From Mobula hypostoma (lineage: Eukaryota): 64,000 bases of DNA. The stretch covers positions 127,226,001-127,290,000 of the forward strand of contig NC_086097.1 of NCBI RefSeq assembly GCF_963921235.1, written 5' to 3'. A model generated the notes under the pieces. That model saw only the letters and a program-made list of their open reading frames with translations. It had not been told where the DNA came from and did not search any database. Shown here in pieces: positions 13,029 through 26,098 of the stretch. How positions within the stretch are numbered: position 1 is the first letter of the stretch; each line of letters opens with the position of its first letter. A program made the position numbers and the translations under genes.

Positions 13029-14644
13029 TTAGATAGAGGCAGCAGAATTTCTACAGAGATGTAGCACTTGTAATGCCATGAAGGTATTTCACACTTCTAA
13101 CAACAGCATCCATCAGTTATTTAGTTCAGTTTCTCAACTTGCTATGGGGGAATTTCCCAGCCTGATATTCTTGGTTAAGTATCTGTGAATATCTGTTTCC
13201 CATTTCGTCATGAACATCTATTCACATTCTCTTCAATTCTGATCTTTGGGCTTCCTTTGAATAGCACTTTTTCATTTACAGTAGAACGTTTTTACCTTAA
13301 GAGTAAGCTTGCTTATTTTCAATGTGCAACATGTGGATGATTTGTGACTGTTGGTTTTCACATTGAGTTTTTGGAGTGTATTGGGATGATAATTGCCTGA
13401 GAAGTAATGAACTGGAGGTTTCAGAATAGCATATGCATATTTGAAAATCCTTAGGTCAGAGAAATATTAAATGAATTAGCTGGAGCTGCCAAGAGCACTT
13501 TATATTTTCCATGGTTTTAAAGATTTTTTTTTACATATTTTAAAATAATTTCCAAGATCTAACATGTACAGGAAGTGGGAAACTCCAGGGTGTGTGGCTT
13601 ATTGACTGAATGTGGTCTTCTCAAACTGTGGTAACTTTGTCATGCTAAAGATTATTTCTTTTCAGTCCATCTGTGCTGCACCATTTATTGTGATGATGTG
13701 ACTGGTGTGATCTTGGTTGGGTCGAACTCTGGCAGGTTGAGCAAGAACGCCCTGGCAACACAAGTCTAGCGGTAATCCTTGCAAAGTAAACCCTTGCTAA
13801 TTTGCTGCTGTGCCACTTATTCAGAGACCTCTCACATTGCGTCATCCTGTACTCCAGTGTCTTTGAATATGAGATCCAGTGAATGCAGGTTTTGCTGAGG
13901 AAGAATAGCCAAATAATCCAGTTCTACATTAACAAGGTTGGCTTTACCTGGTGTTTGGCCACTCAGATGCTAATCTCAGAAGAGACATCCTTACTTTAGT
14001 AGAGGAACCAAAATTCATCCAAATCATATTGTGAAGAATCTGCTTCAGAACCATTCATTGTTGCAAAGTCAGGCATGCACAATAATTCTAAAAGCATTTG
14101 TTGAGGTCACGGAAAGAGCAAAAAATGGACTTGGAGGTGGAGAATAGATAACAGACTCTTTTCCACAACCCCCTCCCCCATCCCTCACAGCTAACCCATT
14201 CTCAAGAGATGGGAATCCATTATCTTGTTCACCGACCCACCAAGAAGTTCGTATACCTCCCAGTTCCCAATGGGACCATTTGTTCCCTGTTGTCTTGCCT
14301 CACCCCTGGCTGCCATCTGCTCTGCTTTTGGTGCCTACTGTGTACAAATCCATTCCGAAGCAGCATTTGCCCATTCACTTGCCCTTCTGGCATTTCCCTG
14401 TGCTGTGAGACAGCAGCTTACATGCACACGCTTAACTGTGTCTATGGGGACGGCAGATTACATGTCCACTGGGAAACTTGCACAGGAATAGTGAGATCAC
14501 TTAGTTGGACACTGATGTTTGTAATTAAGCCAAGTTTCTATTTCAGTGAAGCTTAAAACAAGTTCGATGGACATCACCTCATCAATTTTCAGACACCTTT
14601 TGTAATCGTCTGGCTAAAAATATTGGCTTAGCAATGGTTGCCGT

Positions 14645-14728
14645 TCTGTCTCTGTCTCTCCCTTGCTCTTTCTCTGTCTCTCTCCTTCTCTCTTGCTCTT
14701 TCGCTGTCCCTGTCTCTCTTTCTCTCTG
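14645..14728. repeat. Imperfect (CT)-rich microsatellite
   Basis: tctgtctctgtctctcccttgctctttctctgtctctctcc... read directly. Smaller simple repeats occur at 5455-5482 (TCTCTG)n and 16261-16278 (ATAG)n. Confidence 0.9.
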
Positions 14729-16984
14729 CAGCTGTGATAAGACTGCTCCCAGTGTCAGTCATTTCATTGGCCTCACTGATTATCAGCTTTGAACGTGAAG
14801 ACACAAGTTGATTGTTTCCATAGCACCCTTTACCCTCCACAGTTCTTTACACTGAGCTCTTCAATGATTGCATCAAAATAGCCAGGGCTCTCAATTTGTG
14901 CATAGCAAGTTGCACAAGTAACAGTTCTGACACTGATTCAATAAGCTACTAGAGACCTAGACATGGTGAAAGAGGAATACATATTTTATTAGCAAGGGAG
15001 GGCAGAAATACATCTTATGCTCTTTGTTGAAATAGCATTGGAGGCAGATCAGAAGAGATTCACTAAACTAATTCTTGGGATGAGGGGGTAAACGCATCAG
15101 AAAAGGCTTAAAAAATTTAGATTGAACATGAATTAAGGAACAGGTTCTTCAACTCATGGAGCTGTGCTGAATTAATTGAGCTAATGATGCCTAATCGAGT
15201 CCCATCTGTATATTTATGAGCTTGTCTGAAAACACTTCTATTGTATCAGCCTTCATTGCCCTTGGCAGCACATTCCACGCAGCCATCCACCACTCTCTGT
15301 AAAAATGAAAAAAACTTACCCTGTACACCAAGTTTTCTTTGCCCCATCACCTTCAATGTATGCCTTCCAGAATTAGGTATTTCAACCCAGGGAGAAAGAT
15401 ACTGGTTGTCTATCTAAGCCTCTCATAATCCTGTAAACCTCGACCATGTCTCCCCTTGGCTGCAGAGAAAACAACCCTAGTCTGTCCAATCCCTCTTCTG
15501 TACTATTTAGAGTTTAGAAGGTTGAGAGATGATCTTATTGAAACTATACAAGATCCAAAAGGAACATGGCAGTGCAAACATTGAGATGGTCCCATTAATT
15601 GGAGAATGGTGGGTGTAGTTAGTCACTTGAATCTGAGTTGTCTGGGTATTTCATCTCTTGGGGCAGGGAATACCCAGAACTCTTTGTCCTAGGAGTGTTC
15701 TGGAGGCTGGCGGGGGTGGTATAGAGAAAGTAGATCAGTTCTTCAAGTGTGGGGGAATTGAGGGCTGTGGGGAGCTGACAGATTGATACAGAGAGTTGTA
15801 GCCTTGATCGTATTGAATGTCAGGTCAGGCTTGAGGGGCAGAGTGTATTTGTGAAGCTCCCTGGAACCTTTTACGCCACCGGAAGGCCTCAGTTCGACAC
15901 CTCTGTCAAAAGATGGCACCCCTAGTCGTGACACTCCCCTTTACTCAGTTTAGACTTTTGTGTTCGGTTTCCTGAAGCAGTACTTGAACCCACTACCTTC
16001 AGGTTTGAGAGTTTAAAGTTTTACAAACTGACTCGTGGCAAAAACCATCAGAAAATTTTTTTTTGTTCTTTTAAGTCCAGGACCCTAAGGAAATGTGCAT
16101 ATCTTATTTATTCATGACAGACACTTCCCTTCCAAGCATGTGGATAAAGTAGTTTCTTTTTGCGTCTGGTATCTGCGTCGATTGCTGCTTTTTGCCTTCA
16201 GGTTCTGTTTTGTGGATCATGGGATTTGTCTATAAACAGCAGCGTATCAGAGTCAGGTTTATAGATAGATAGATAGATATACTTTATTGATTCCGAGGGA
16301 AATTGGGTTTCGTTGCAGCCACACCAACCAAGAATAGAGCATAAATATAGCAATACAAAAACCACAAACAATCAAACAACAAAATGCAAACTATGCCAGA
16401 TGGAAAATAAGTCCAGGACCAGCCTATTGGCTCAGGGTGTCTGACCCTGCACCGGAGGAGCTACACGTTCGATGGCCACAGGCAGGAGCGACCTCCCGTG
16501 CTGCCCAGTGTTGTATCTCGGTGGAATATGGCCGAAGTCCAACAGCAAAAAGTTCAATATCCAGTCTACAAACACGTTCCTCGATCGTAATATGACTGAC
16601 GTATGTCCTGTAGTTTTGTGGCCACAGTACATTGCAATGCATGATAATAATAAAAACTATGCATTGCAATAAGTTGTATAGTTAGTAGTTGGAGTTGCAG
16701 AAATCCTGGCAACCTCCTTCCACTCCCGCTATTAATGTTTTCCTTTCTTTTATAGTTGGTGTTCTACATCTATGACACTAGCTTTCTCAACTTTTTTTCC
16801 CCCAAACTTGTGTGGAAATGGGGATGAGGGGGAGAAATTATGGAAGTGGATTTTAAAGAGAAAATCAGTACGCTTTATACCCTGTGTGTGCGGTTAACAT
16901 TTAGCATATTGGTGCAGTATGGCTCCACCTGTCCTCCGTGACAATTCTTGAAGACTGCAAAGAAGCAAAATACAATGCAGGCTT

Positions 16985-17275
16985 TTGTTCCTTCCCCTCC
17001 CCTCCCCACCTTCTAGCTTTCGGCCCAAAATGTTGACTGTACTTCTCTTTCATCGATGCTACCTGGCCTGCTCGGTTCTTCCAACATTTTGTGTGTGTTG
17101 CTCAGATATCCAGCATCTGCAGATTTTCTCTTGTTTGTAGCTTCTTTCAATTTCCTCTCCAGTCCTGCTGAAGTGTGTTTGGCCTGAAATGTTGACTGTT
17201 TATTCCCTTCCATAGATGCTGCTTGACATGTTGAGTTCCTCCAGTATTTTGTGGGCATCTGCAGAATCTGTGTTA
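16985..17275 (+). mobile_element. Two nested or tandem PLE terminal-repeat fragments with decayed hammerheads
   Basis: Partial motif cggcccaaaatgttgactg at ~17021-17039 and cagtcCTGCTGA...GAAAtgttgactg at 17160-17198, each followed by the shared tail. Confidence 0.75.
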
Positions 17276-18939
17276 CAGATTACTGCTCTTTTGTGCCTGG
17301 GAGAAGCGCATCTTGTCCGTGACGTGATCTACATAGTTGCCATTAGTGATCTTATTTCAAAGGTGGTCTTTATCCAATCCTCGGAGGTGTTGCCTCCTTT
17401 CAGGGAGAAGAAGCACATGTTCCTTTGTCTGCTGACTTTTTAAATGGGCACTGCAGTGGCAGAAGAAAATGACAACTTCCCATTTAATTATTCCAAGGGC
17501 AATCAATATTTAGGTAAATATGTGGATATGAAAGGTTTAAAGGAATAGGAGCCAAACAGGGGCAAATGGGACGAGCTTGGTGCATGCAGTGGTCAACATG
17601 GACAGGTTAGGGGAAAGGGCTTTTTTCCCTGCTGTATACTTTATAGCTCTTTTGAATGAATCCATCATTTTTTTCCGTTCACCAACTCCTTTCCCTGACC
17701 ATTGCATTAGCTACATACATCCTTATGATGTAGGAGGAGGCCATTTGGCCCATTGTGTCTATGCCAGTTCACAGGGAAGTCCTATTATCCATTTTTCCAG
17801 TAACTTATTCTTTTCAACCACCACCCCCCCAGATTCCGCCATTCACCAACACACTGTTGTTTGTTAACTTAACAGCAGTTAATTAACCTGACAACCTGTA
17901 CACTTTGGGAATCGGAGATTGTGAAAACTCCGCACAGAGAGGACCAGAAGTCAAGATTAAACCCTGGTTTCTGATGCTGTGAGAGAGCTGCACTACCATC
18001 TCCTTTTCCTCGTTGCCTTCCTACATCATCATCATGGTGCCTCTGTCTCCAAACTCCATGCTCTCCACTCCTCTGTCCTCCCTGGATGCAATCTATCTTT
18101 AACAACACCTCAGTCCACCAATCCCGCAGCCTCCTGTCTCATCACTGCCTCCCTTCCTCTCCCCTATTATATTGGCCATCTCCCCACTTCACCTGGTGCA
18201 GGGTATCAGCCTGAGTCATCAACGTTCTCCCTCCCCCCTTCCCCCTACCAAGTACTGCTTGACCTACCAAGTTCCTCAAACTGATTACTCCTCATTCATG
18301 CCTTCATCTCTTCCCCAGAAGCAGGCCAAAAATAAACCAGATTATCTGTAACCTTGGCACCATACATGAACCACAGTAGGCTTCAGGGCCTACACTCTGC
18401 ATTCCTCCAGTACTTGCTGCTATACATCTCTGAGCTCTTTGGTAACTACACTGTCAGCTGCCAAGCCTCAAAGCTCCCTTTAAAACCTCCCTCCCCCCGA
18501 CCCCGCCACCTTCTAAAACATGCCTCTTTGAACAATTTACTTGGGATTTCTGCCTTCCATAGTTTGACATCAAGACATGTTTTTGTGTCTAATAATCTAT
18601 TTTTTAAAATGTTACATATGTAAGTGATGGTTGTGAATTACTTATCAAGTTTAACAATCTTGAGCATAAATATTGGACAAAATTGGTGAAGGAAAATCTG
18701 GTGTAATCTTGGTGCATTTAAAATGAAATCCTGAATGTTAATAATACAATACGGGTAATTTGTCTGCTGTTTGGTCTAAAGACTAAATGCACAACACTAT
18801 TCAGTGGACAGACAGTGACTCTGCTTAATGTTTATCCAACTGAACTTCATTGAAGGAGAAAGATAACTGGGAACGATTAGGGAGCTTCAAAGTCTCAGCA
18901 ATATTTTTGATGCAAAGAAGGATGTTTGAGCATAGGGGT

Positions 18940-21900
18940 CAAACAGTTTATAAAAGGTCATGTGGTTCCTGGGATTTAAATTGCTCTCTATAACACCAGC
19001 CTCCTGACTTGATTTTGTTGCTGATGTTATGGGGTTTGGCGAGAGGGTGGTTTGAAACCGCCTCTATACAGTGCAGCTGGAGGTGGTGAAGATTTACAGT
19101 GAAGCACCACAAATTTAACATGTCCTTTGGCCTTGGGGCATCCACTGCTGTTTGAATTTTCTCAGCACACTTGTTTAATTCTCATGTGTCAATGGTGTGG
19201 CCACAGTAAGTGATGCTTGGTTTAAAGAATTCACAATTGTTGTGTTGTGCCCTTGGCCCACAGTCTTCTATTCTTTTTAACACTGTCTTGAGATTCTGGA
19301 GATGTTCCTGGGCTGCCTTGAAGTACCTGGTCCATAGCTTTCTTGCAGAATGCAGATGCTACTCCAAAAATAAACCTATTATAGAGATAAAGACCTTGGT
19401 GAGTGTTTATGGTGAGATACATTTTGGAATCTTCCACGTCCTTCTGTAAATAGGGCACACCTAAGTCCACTTTGCTGAAGTTTCCCTCCAGAAAAGTTTG
19501 CAAAGATATCCTGTGTCCTGGACAGTGTGTATTGACCTATATTCAGTACTGGATGATCTTAGAATCACCACAGATCCTGAAAGACCCATTCTTCTTGGCT
19601 ACTGGGACCACTGGTATTGACCATTCCACTTAACTTTGGAAAAAATTCCTTTGGTCTCCATGTAATCTAGCTCACCGGCTACTTTATCATAGATAGTATA
19701 AGGATGTGCTTTGCAAAACTTGGGTGTGGAATTTTCATTTAATGCTATTTTACCCTTGATATGTTTGAGTCATCCAGTGCCATCCTTGAACAGTGCTACA
19801 CTTGCCCCTACACCTCCTCCCTCACTACCATTCACCTGTGAGTCTGTTGGGGTCATATACTGTTTTTGGTGCTCCCAGTGTGGCCTCTTGTATGTCGGTG
19901 AGACCCGACGTAGATTGGGAGACCACTTCGCCGAGCATCTACGCTCCATCCACCAGAACAAGCGGGATCTCCCAGTGGCCACCCATTTTAATTCCACTTT
20001 CCATTCCCATTCAGATATGACTGACAATGGCCTCCTCCACTGTTGGGATAAGGCCACACCTAGGTTGAAGGAACAACACCTTATATTCTGTTTGGGTAGC
20101 CTCCAACCTGATGGCATGAACATTGATTTCTCAAACTTCCAGTAATGCCCTCCATCCCCCCCCCCCCGTTACCATTTCCCATCCCCTTTTCCCTCTCTCA
20201 TGTTATCTCCTTGCCTGTCCATCGCCTCCCTCTGCTGCTTCTCCCCCCCCCCCCTTTTCTTTCTTCCATTGCCTTCTGTCTCTCTCATTAAGCAACTTCC
20301 TGGCTTTTTGCTTCATCCCTCCACCCCCCCCCAAGTTTCACCTATCCCCTGGCGTTCATTCCGCCGCCCCCCCCCCCCACTTTTCAAATTGACTCCTCAG
20401 CTTTTGTGTCTCCAGTCCTGCCAAAGGGTTTCAGCCTGAAACGCCAACTGAACTTTTTTCCATAGATGCTGCCTGGCCTGCTGAGTCCCTCCGGCATTTT
20501 GTGTGTGTTGCTCGAACACTGCTGTTGGCTTTCCATTGACTCTGTTGCAGGGGAAGCAAATGGCAGATGGATTTCCAATCGATTTGTAGTAGTCTCAGCC
20601 AATCATGACCCCAAATGCTGGGCCTCGTGTTTTTACCATATACAAGCCCAATGTGACTTGTTGGTTGTTGTATTTAACTGCTACAAATGATATTCCCATA
20701 GGAGTTTTCCTTTCTCCAGGGCAAGTTCTTAGTTGGATATCTGCAGTTTCTGTATCTTTGAAATGCTGTTCAGACTCATTTTGTGGAATGACTGAAACAA
20801 TAGGTTTCAATAGGTGCATTTAATGTCAGATATGTATACAATATACATGGTGAAATTCTTTTTCTTCACAAACAGAGGAGTGCCCCAAAGAGTGAGTAAC
20901 AGTTAAAACCACAAAGAAACCCCAACTCCCCCCAACACACAAGTAGCGGCAAATCAACGACCCCCACTCCACCCCCACCACCAAATAGCACCAGCACCCT
21001 CCACCAAGCACTTAAGCGTGCAGCAAGCATCAATGAAGACAGACTTGCAGTACCCCAAACACTACTTGTTCACCCGATAATTCAACATTCTCTCTCTCGC
21101 TCTCTCTCATAGGGAAAAAAGGGGTGTTCCCATTTCACAGTGAGAGGGGAGACATAACAAACAATTCACTGGTTTAAGATGTTTAAAGTCTGTTGTGCTG
21201 CTTTTTCCAAACTCCGGGCAAACAACCCCCGGCCGCTAACCCGCTGCTCCTGATGTTCTGTGTTCTCCCGCAATGCTTCAGTCAGGGGTATTGGCCTAGG
21301 ATCAGCACGTTCCCAGAGCCACAAAATCCTGGAACCCTGAAGGTGCACTGTCTTCCAGGCCGCATGCTTGGGATATCAAAAAGCGTCTGGTTGTGAGGCC
21401 CTGAGGGCATGTCACATTCCTGCAAAGAACCGGTCAGAGTGTAACTCCAGGTCATGGTCTTCAAAAGAACACCCCACACCCTGAAACAGGAAAAAGAAGA
21501 GACAACAAAGATGGAAATAAAGCTGTTTGCAAAGATGCAAGCAAAGGAGTTGTGTTTAGCACCATTTTAACTGGCCCCACCAATGGCCGATCGAATATCC
21601 AATGCCGTTTTAATTTGCTGTTCACTTCTGGTGCAAGTCATATTCTCTTGTTAGTTTTGGCATTGTAAATCTCAACGCTACTCAGTCCTGAGTCACTCTC
21701 CAGGATTATCAGATTTATTTTATCAACAGCACACAGATTAGTGCTCTTTTTAAAATTTCAACTTGCCTTTTATCTTTCCCACTTCCTTGTGCAGTCCATT
21801 TACTTTTGTCTGCCTGACATGCTCTTTGTAGCTATCCTACTTTGCTGCATTTTCTTCAAGTCCCACAGGAGACCTTAAACATTGATTAGATGCTGCGTTG
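18940..21900 (-). mobile_element. Decayed Gypsy-type LTR retrotransposon internal region, interrupted by later insertions
   Basis: Minus-strand RT remnant NFSKVDL...DSKMYLTINTHQGLYLYNRFIFGVASA (19231-19503). Protease-end-like GPA..G.DWL remnant near 20590-20625. Boundaries approximate; no LTRs identified. Confidence 0.65.
19798..20510 (+). mobile_element. Penelope-like element 3' portion (GIY-YIG and terminal repeat) inserted in the Gypsy remnant
   Basis: GVIYCFWCSQCGLLYVGETRRRLGDHFAEH...GMNIDFSNFQ. Probable TSD cttgaacagtgct (19785-19797) / ctcgaacactgct (20511-20523). Decayed hammerhead at 20413-20450. Confidence 0.88.
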
Positions 21901-23407
21901 TTCAGTTTATAACAATTACCTTCCAATGGAGTAATAGTGAGCATTAACAACTTAAACACAGGACTCTGTCGTTCACAAAACCATTTACAATTTGTCTTTG
22001 TTATATCAGATCAGAAAATATCTAAAATATATGGAAAGAGGAAGACATAAGAGGAACCCGAACCCTAACTCTTTCAAAATATCTAAAGAATCACTTATAG
22101 TAATCTTGGCGCAAATGTGAGAGCAATAACTGATGTGGCATCTTTACAATTCTCTTCAATGTTATTCATTGTTAGAACCTCCGTCTCAGCAGGGTGGGTT
22201 CAATGATTGAATCATGACTGGGTATTTTTTGTGCTCAAGCTCGTGGTGGGCTGCTTCCCGTCTTTACTGACGCACAGGGCTGGGGATGTGAAGAAGAATC
22301 AGTATGAACTTGTAGCTTCGCTTGTAGACTTGCGGGCCCCAGACCTGGGGTATGTGCACCTCGGAGCACATTCCTTCTGTGCTACTTTGCACTACTGTAT
22401 TGTAAATCAGCCCAAGTGGCATAATGAGCTGCTACTGATGTCGATAGTTCATCATTTCTGTCTTATTTTCTTGCCAACTTGACTACACATTAATGAGGGA
22501 TCCAAATCTTGGCTGTCACTCCAAGTTTCTTCAAAATATGCAATGGATTGAAGCTCAGCAAGGCCAGTAGAGGTTAGTGGTGTGAGAGAGACAGAGATAA
22601 CCAGGATCAGGATGGTCATTCCAGATTAATGAAGAGCTTAGCTCTTCCAAAACTGGTGATATGACAACGTGGAAGTCAGACAACATAATCCTTTGAAATC
22701 TCGAAGCCGAATCACAGATGTAACTGGCTGTCCTGTACAGCTGGCAGTATCTATTCATCCAAGTAAGTTTTGGAAGTGAACAGACATTGTAGGGTGTGTT
22801 AAATCTTTTAAGTCCAGTGGAATCCCTGTTAAAGTGATAAAGACTGAAATGTGCATTCCTTTTTGACAACTCGCCATTTGTTTGCTATTTGAGACTTTGA
22901 GAGTGTGGGTTGCTTAACCCCTCTTGCATTTACTTGCACTCTATCCCTCACTTGCAGGCTTGTATATCTGCTCTCCCTGTTCACCATCTGTTTTCTGGAC
23001 AGCCATCTCCAAGAAGCCTGGCTTTTATTTCTAATGATGTGCAAAATGGCTTTATTTACGAAAAATTAGTATCACTGCAGCCACATTAACACATTTGTCA
23101 AAAGTCTAATTTTCACTGCTGTGGCGTTAATGTCATTCACTGACAAGATACACACTGGTGTAAACAGCATTTGTTGTTTAGCAGCTCTGTGAAGTAAGAG
23201 ATATGATCAGAAAGGTATAAACACAAACAACTGTCCTGCTTTACTTTACAGCCTGTTATGCCACTGGTGTTTGGGGCAGCAATGATGGTCCTTCACCTTT
23301 GTACGGTCGCACACAGATATAGAAAGGAGGACTCTTCATTGCTGTTCCCGTAACTTTATTTTGACCAGTCAGGATCAAGGTACAGTTATTATCAGAGTAC
23401 ATACATG

Positions 23408-24077
23408 AGTTGGGGAGGGGAAGATGGCAGCACGACGCAGTGCGCGTGGCCGCTCTGAATTGATATCGTATTTGTTAAATGGGGCCGTGCACAATCCTGA
23501 TTGACGTGAGAAGCACGGAGGAACATCTGGAGGAACTTCTGAAATGCCCGCTTCGCTGCCGTTGCTACTGTGCGCTTGAGAATCTCCGGAGGGGAAGGCC
23601 CCAAATCCTCAGCTTTGCCTATTGCCTGTTGCTGGGGACGGGGTCGAAGCACTCGGCAGAGATGGTGCTCGGTGTCAGAGAGCTGGTCGGAGGCTCGAAG
23701 TTTTCGGACAGAGTCGGAGTCGGACTGTGGTCGGGTGCTTCCAGGGTGCAGCATCGGCAAGTTTGCGGTGCTGAAAACTCATGGCAGGAAGAGTTTCTCC
23801 CTTCAACCGTCTGCGTGAGATGTTGGGACTTTCGAGAGACTTTGAGACTTTTTTTTTACCATGACCATGGTCTGTTCTTCATCAAATACGGTATTGCTTT
23901 GCACTGTTGTAACTGTATGTTGTAATTATGTGGTTTTTGTCAGTTTTTTAGTCTTGGCTTTTCTTGTGTTTCTGTGATATCATTCTGGAGGAACAAATTG
24001 TATCATTTCTTAATGCATGCATTACTAAATGACAATAAAAGAGGACTGTGTGTCCTCATAATCTAATCTAATCTAAT
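23408..24077 (+). mobile_element. Non-autonomous LINE-mobilised element (~670 bp)
   Basis: 5' AAGATGGC at 23421. 3' AATAAA (24034), stem-loop GAGGAC-tgtgt-GTCCTC (24041-24057) and (ATCTA)3 tail. A homologous copy lies on the minus strand at 49497-50118. Confidence 0.75.
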
Positions 24078-24269
24078 GTCACCACTACAACCTTAATATT
24101 TGTCCTGTGGGCATACTTAGCAGATCTATTGAATAGTGACTGTAAACAGGATCAATGAAAGGGCAAGAGCACAGAAGACTAGAAACTCTAAAAATGCAAA
24201 TATAAATAAATAGCAACAAATAATGAAAGCAAGAAATAACAAGATAAAGAGTCCTTAAATTGAGATCAG

Positions 24270-26098
24270 TAGGCCAACGGCAGCTGCAATCTCAATGACT
24301 CTTCACACAGCCTTAGACCACCTAGATTATACAAACACCTATATGAGGATGCTGTTCATTGACTATAGCTCAGCATTTAATACCATCATTCCCACAATCC
24401 TGATTGAGAAGTTATAGAACCTGGGCCTCTGTACCTCCCTCTGCAATTGGATTCCCAACTTCCTAACCAGAAAACCACAATCTGTGTGGATTGGTGATAA
24501 CATCTCCTCCTCACTGACGATCAACACTGATGCACCTCAGGGGTGTGTGCTTAGCCCACTGCTTTACTCTCTGTATACACATGACTGTGTGGCTGGGCAT
24601 AGCTCAAATACCATCCATGAATTTGCTGATGATACAACCATTGTTGGCAGAATCTCAGATGGAGATGAGAGAGCGTACAGGACCGAGATATACCAACTAA
24701 TAGAGTGGTAACACAGCAACAACCTTGCACTCAACGTCAGTAAGATGAAAGAGCTGATTGTGGACTTCAGGAAGGGTAAGACGAAGGAACACATACCAAT
24801 CCTAATAGAGGGATCAGAAGTGGAGAGAGTGAGCAGTTTCAAGTTCCTGGGTGTCAAGGTCTCTGAGGACCTAACCTGGTCCCAACATATCGATGCAGTT
24901 ATAAAGAAGGCAAGACGGCGACTATACTTCATTAAGAGTTTGAAGAGATTTGGTATGTCAACAAATACACTCAAAAACTTATACAGGTGTCCCCCACTTT
25001 ACGAAAGTTTGCTTTACGCCACTTTGCTTTTACGAAAGACCTACATTAGTACCTGTTTTCGCTAACTGAAAGAAATCCGGAGGATTTTCGCTTTTACAAA
25101 AAAAGGCACCCGCTTTAAACTTGTGTTTACCCCGAGAAAGTCTACCATGACCGTGAAGCCTTGCGCGTGTAGGTGTGTGCGCATACGTGTACGTGCCGAT
25201 TTTTTTTTCCTACAAATCGGTTTTCGGCTAAATCTTCCAGATTCTAGTAAGTGAAACTACACTGTACATACATTATTTCTACTTTATATAGAAAAAAGGC
25301 GCCCACTTTAAACTTGTGTTTACCCGAGAAAGGCTACCATGACCGTGAAACCTTGCGCAGGCAGGTGTGTGCGCATGTATGTACGTGCCCTTTTTTTTTA
25401 GGTTTTATGTGCTATTTGGTATGATTTGGTAGGTTTTTTTTGGGTCTGGGAATGCTCAAAAAACTTTCCCATATAAATTGATGGTAATTGCTTCTTCGCT
25501 TTACATCATTTCGGCTTACGAAAGGTTTCATAGGAACGCTCTACTTTCGAGTAGCGGGGGAAACCTGTATAGGTGTACTGTGGAGAGCATTCTGACAGGC
25601 TGCATCACCGTCTGGTATGGGTGTGGGGGGGCTACTGCACAGGACAGAAAGAAGCTGCAGAGGGTTGTAAATTTAGTTGGCTCTATCTTGGGTACTGTCC
25701 TACAAAGTACACAGGACATCTTCAGGGAGCAGTGTCTCAGAAAGGTAACGTCCATTATTAAGGACCTCCAGCACCCAGGGCATGCCCTTTTCTCACTGTT
25801 ACCATCAGGTAGGAGGTACAGAAGTCTGAAGGCACACACTCAGCGATCCAGGAATAGCTTCTTCCCCTTTGCCATCCGATTCCTAAATGGACATTGAACT
25901 CGTGAATACTACCTCACTTTTTAAATATATATTAGTTTTGTTTTTGCATGATTTTTTAATCTATTCATTATATGTTTACTGTAATTGATTTACTTGTTTA
26001 TTTTTTCTTCTAGATTATGTATTGCATTGAACTGCTGCTGCTAAGTTAACAAGTTTCACATCACATGCCGGTGATAATAGACCTGATTCTGATCTGAT
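24270..26098 (+). mobile_element. Rex1/Babar-type LINE, 5'-truncated, split by a MITE
   Basis: [77 protein letters not shown]. Tail ctgattctgatctga. Confidence 0.88.
24984..25567. mobile_element. Tc1/mariner-pogo (Tigger-like) MITE with TA TSD
   Basis: TA|CAGGTGTCCCCC...GGGGGAAACCTG|TA. Removing it restores the LINE frame KNLYRCTVES. Internal ~95-bp direct repeat at ~25100-25198 and ~25292-25388. Confidence 0.88.

Noticed and set aside
14628..14840. ORF with an ERERAR-rich segment
   Set aside because: Translation of a CT microsatellite.
22470..22880. Possible second LTR-retrotransposon remnant with a primer-binding-site-like tggcgag
   Set aside because: No convincing protein motif or LTR could be established by eye.
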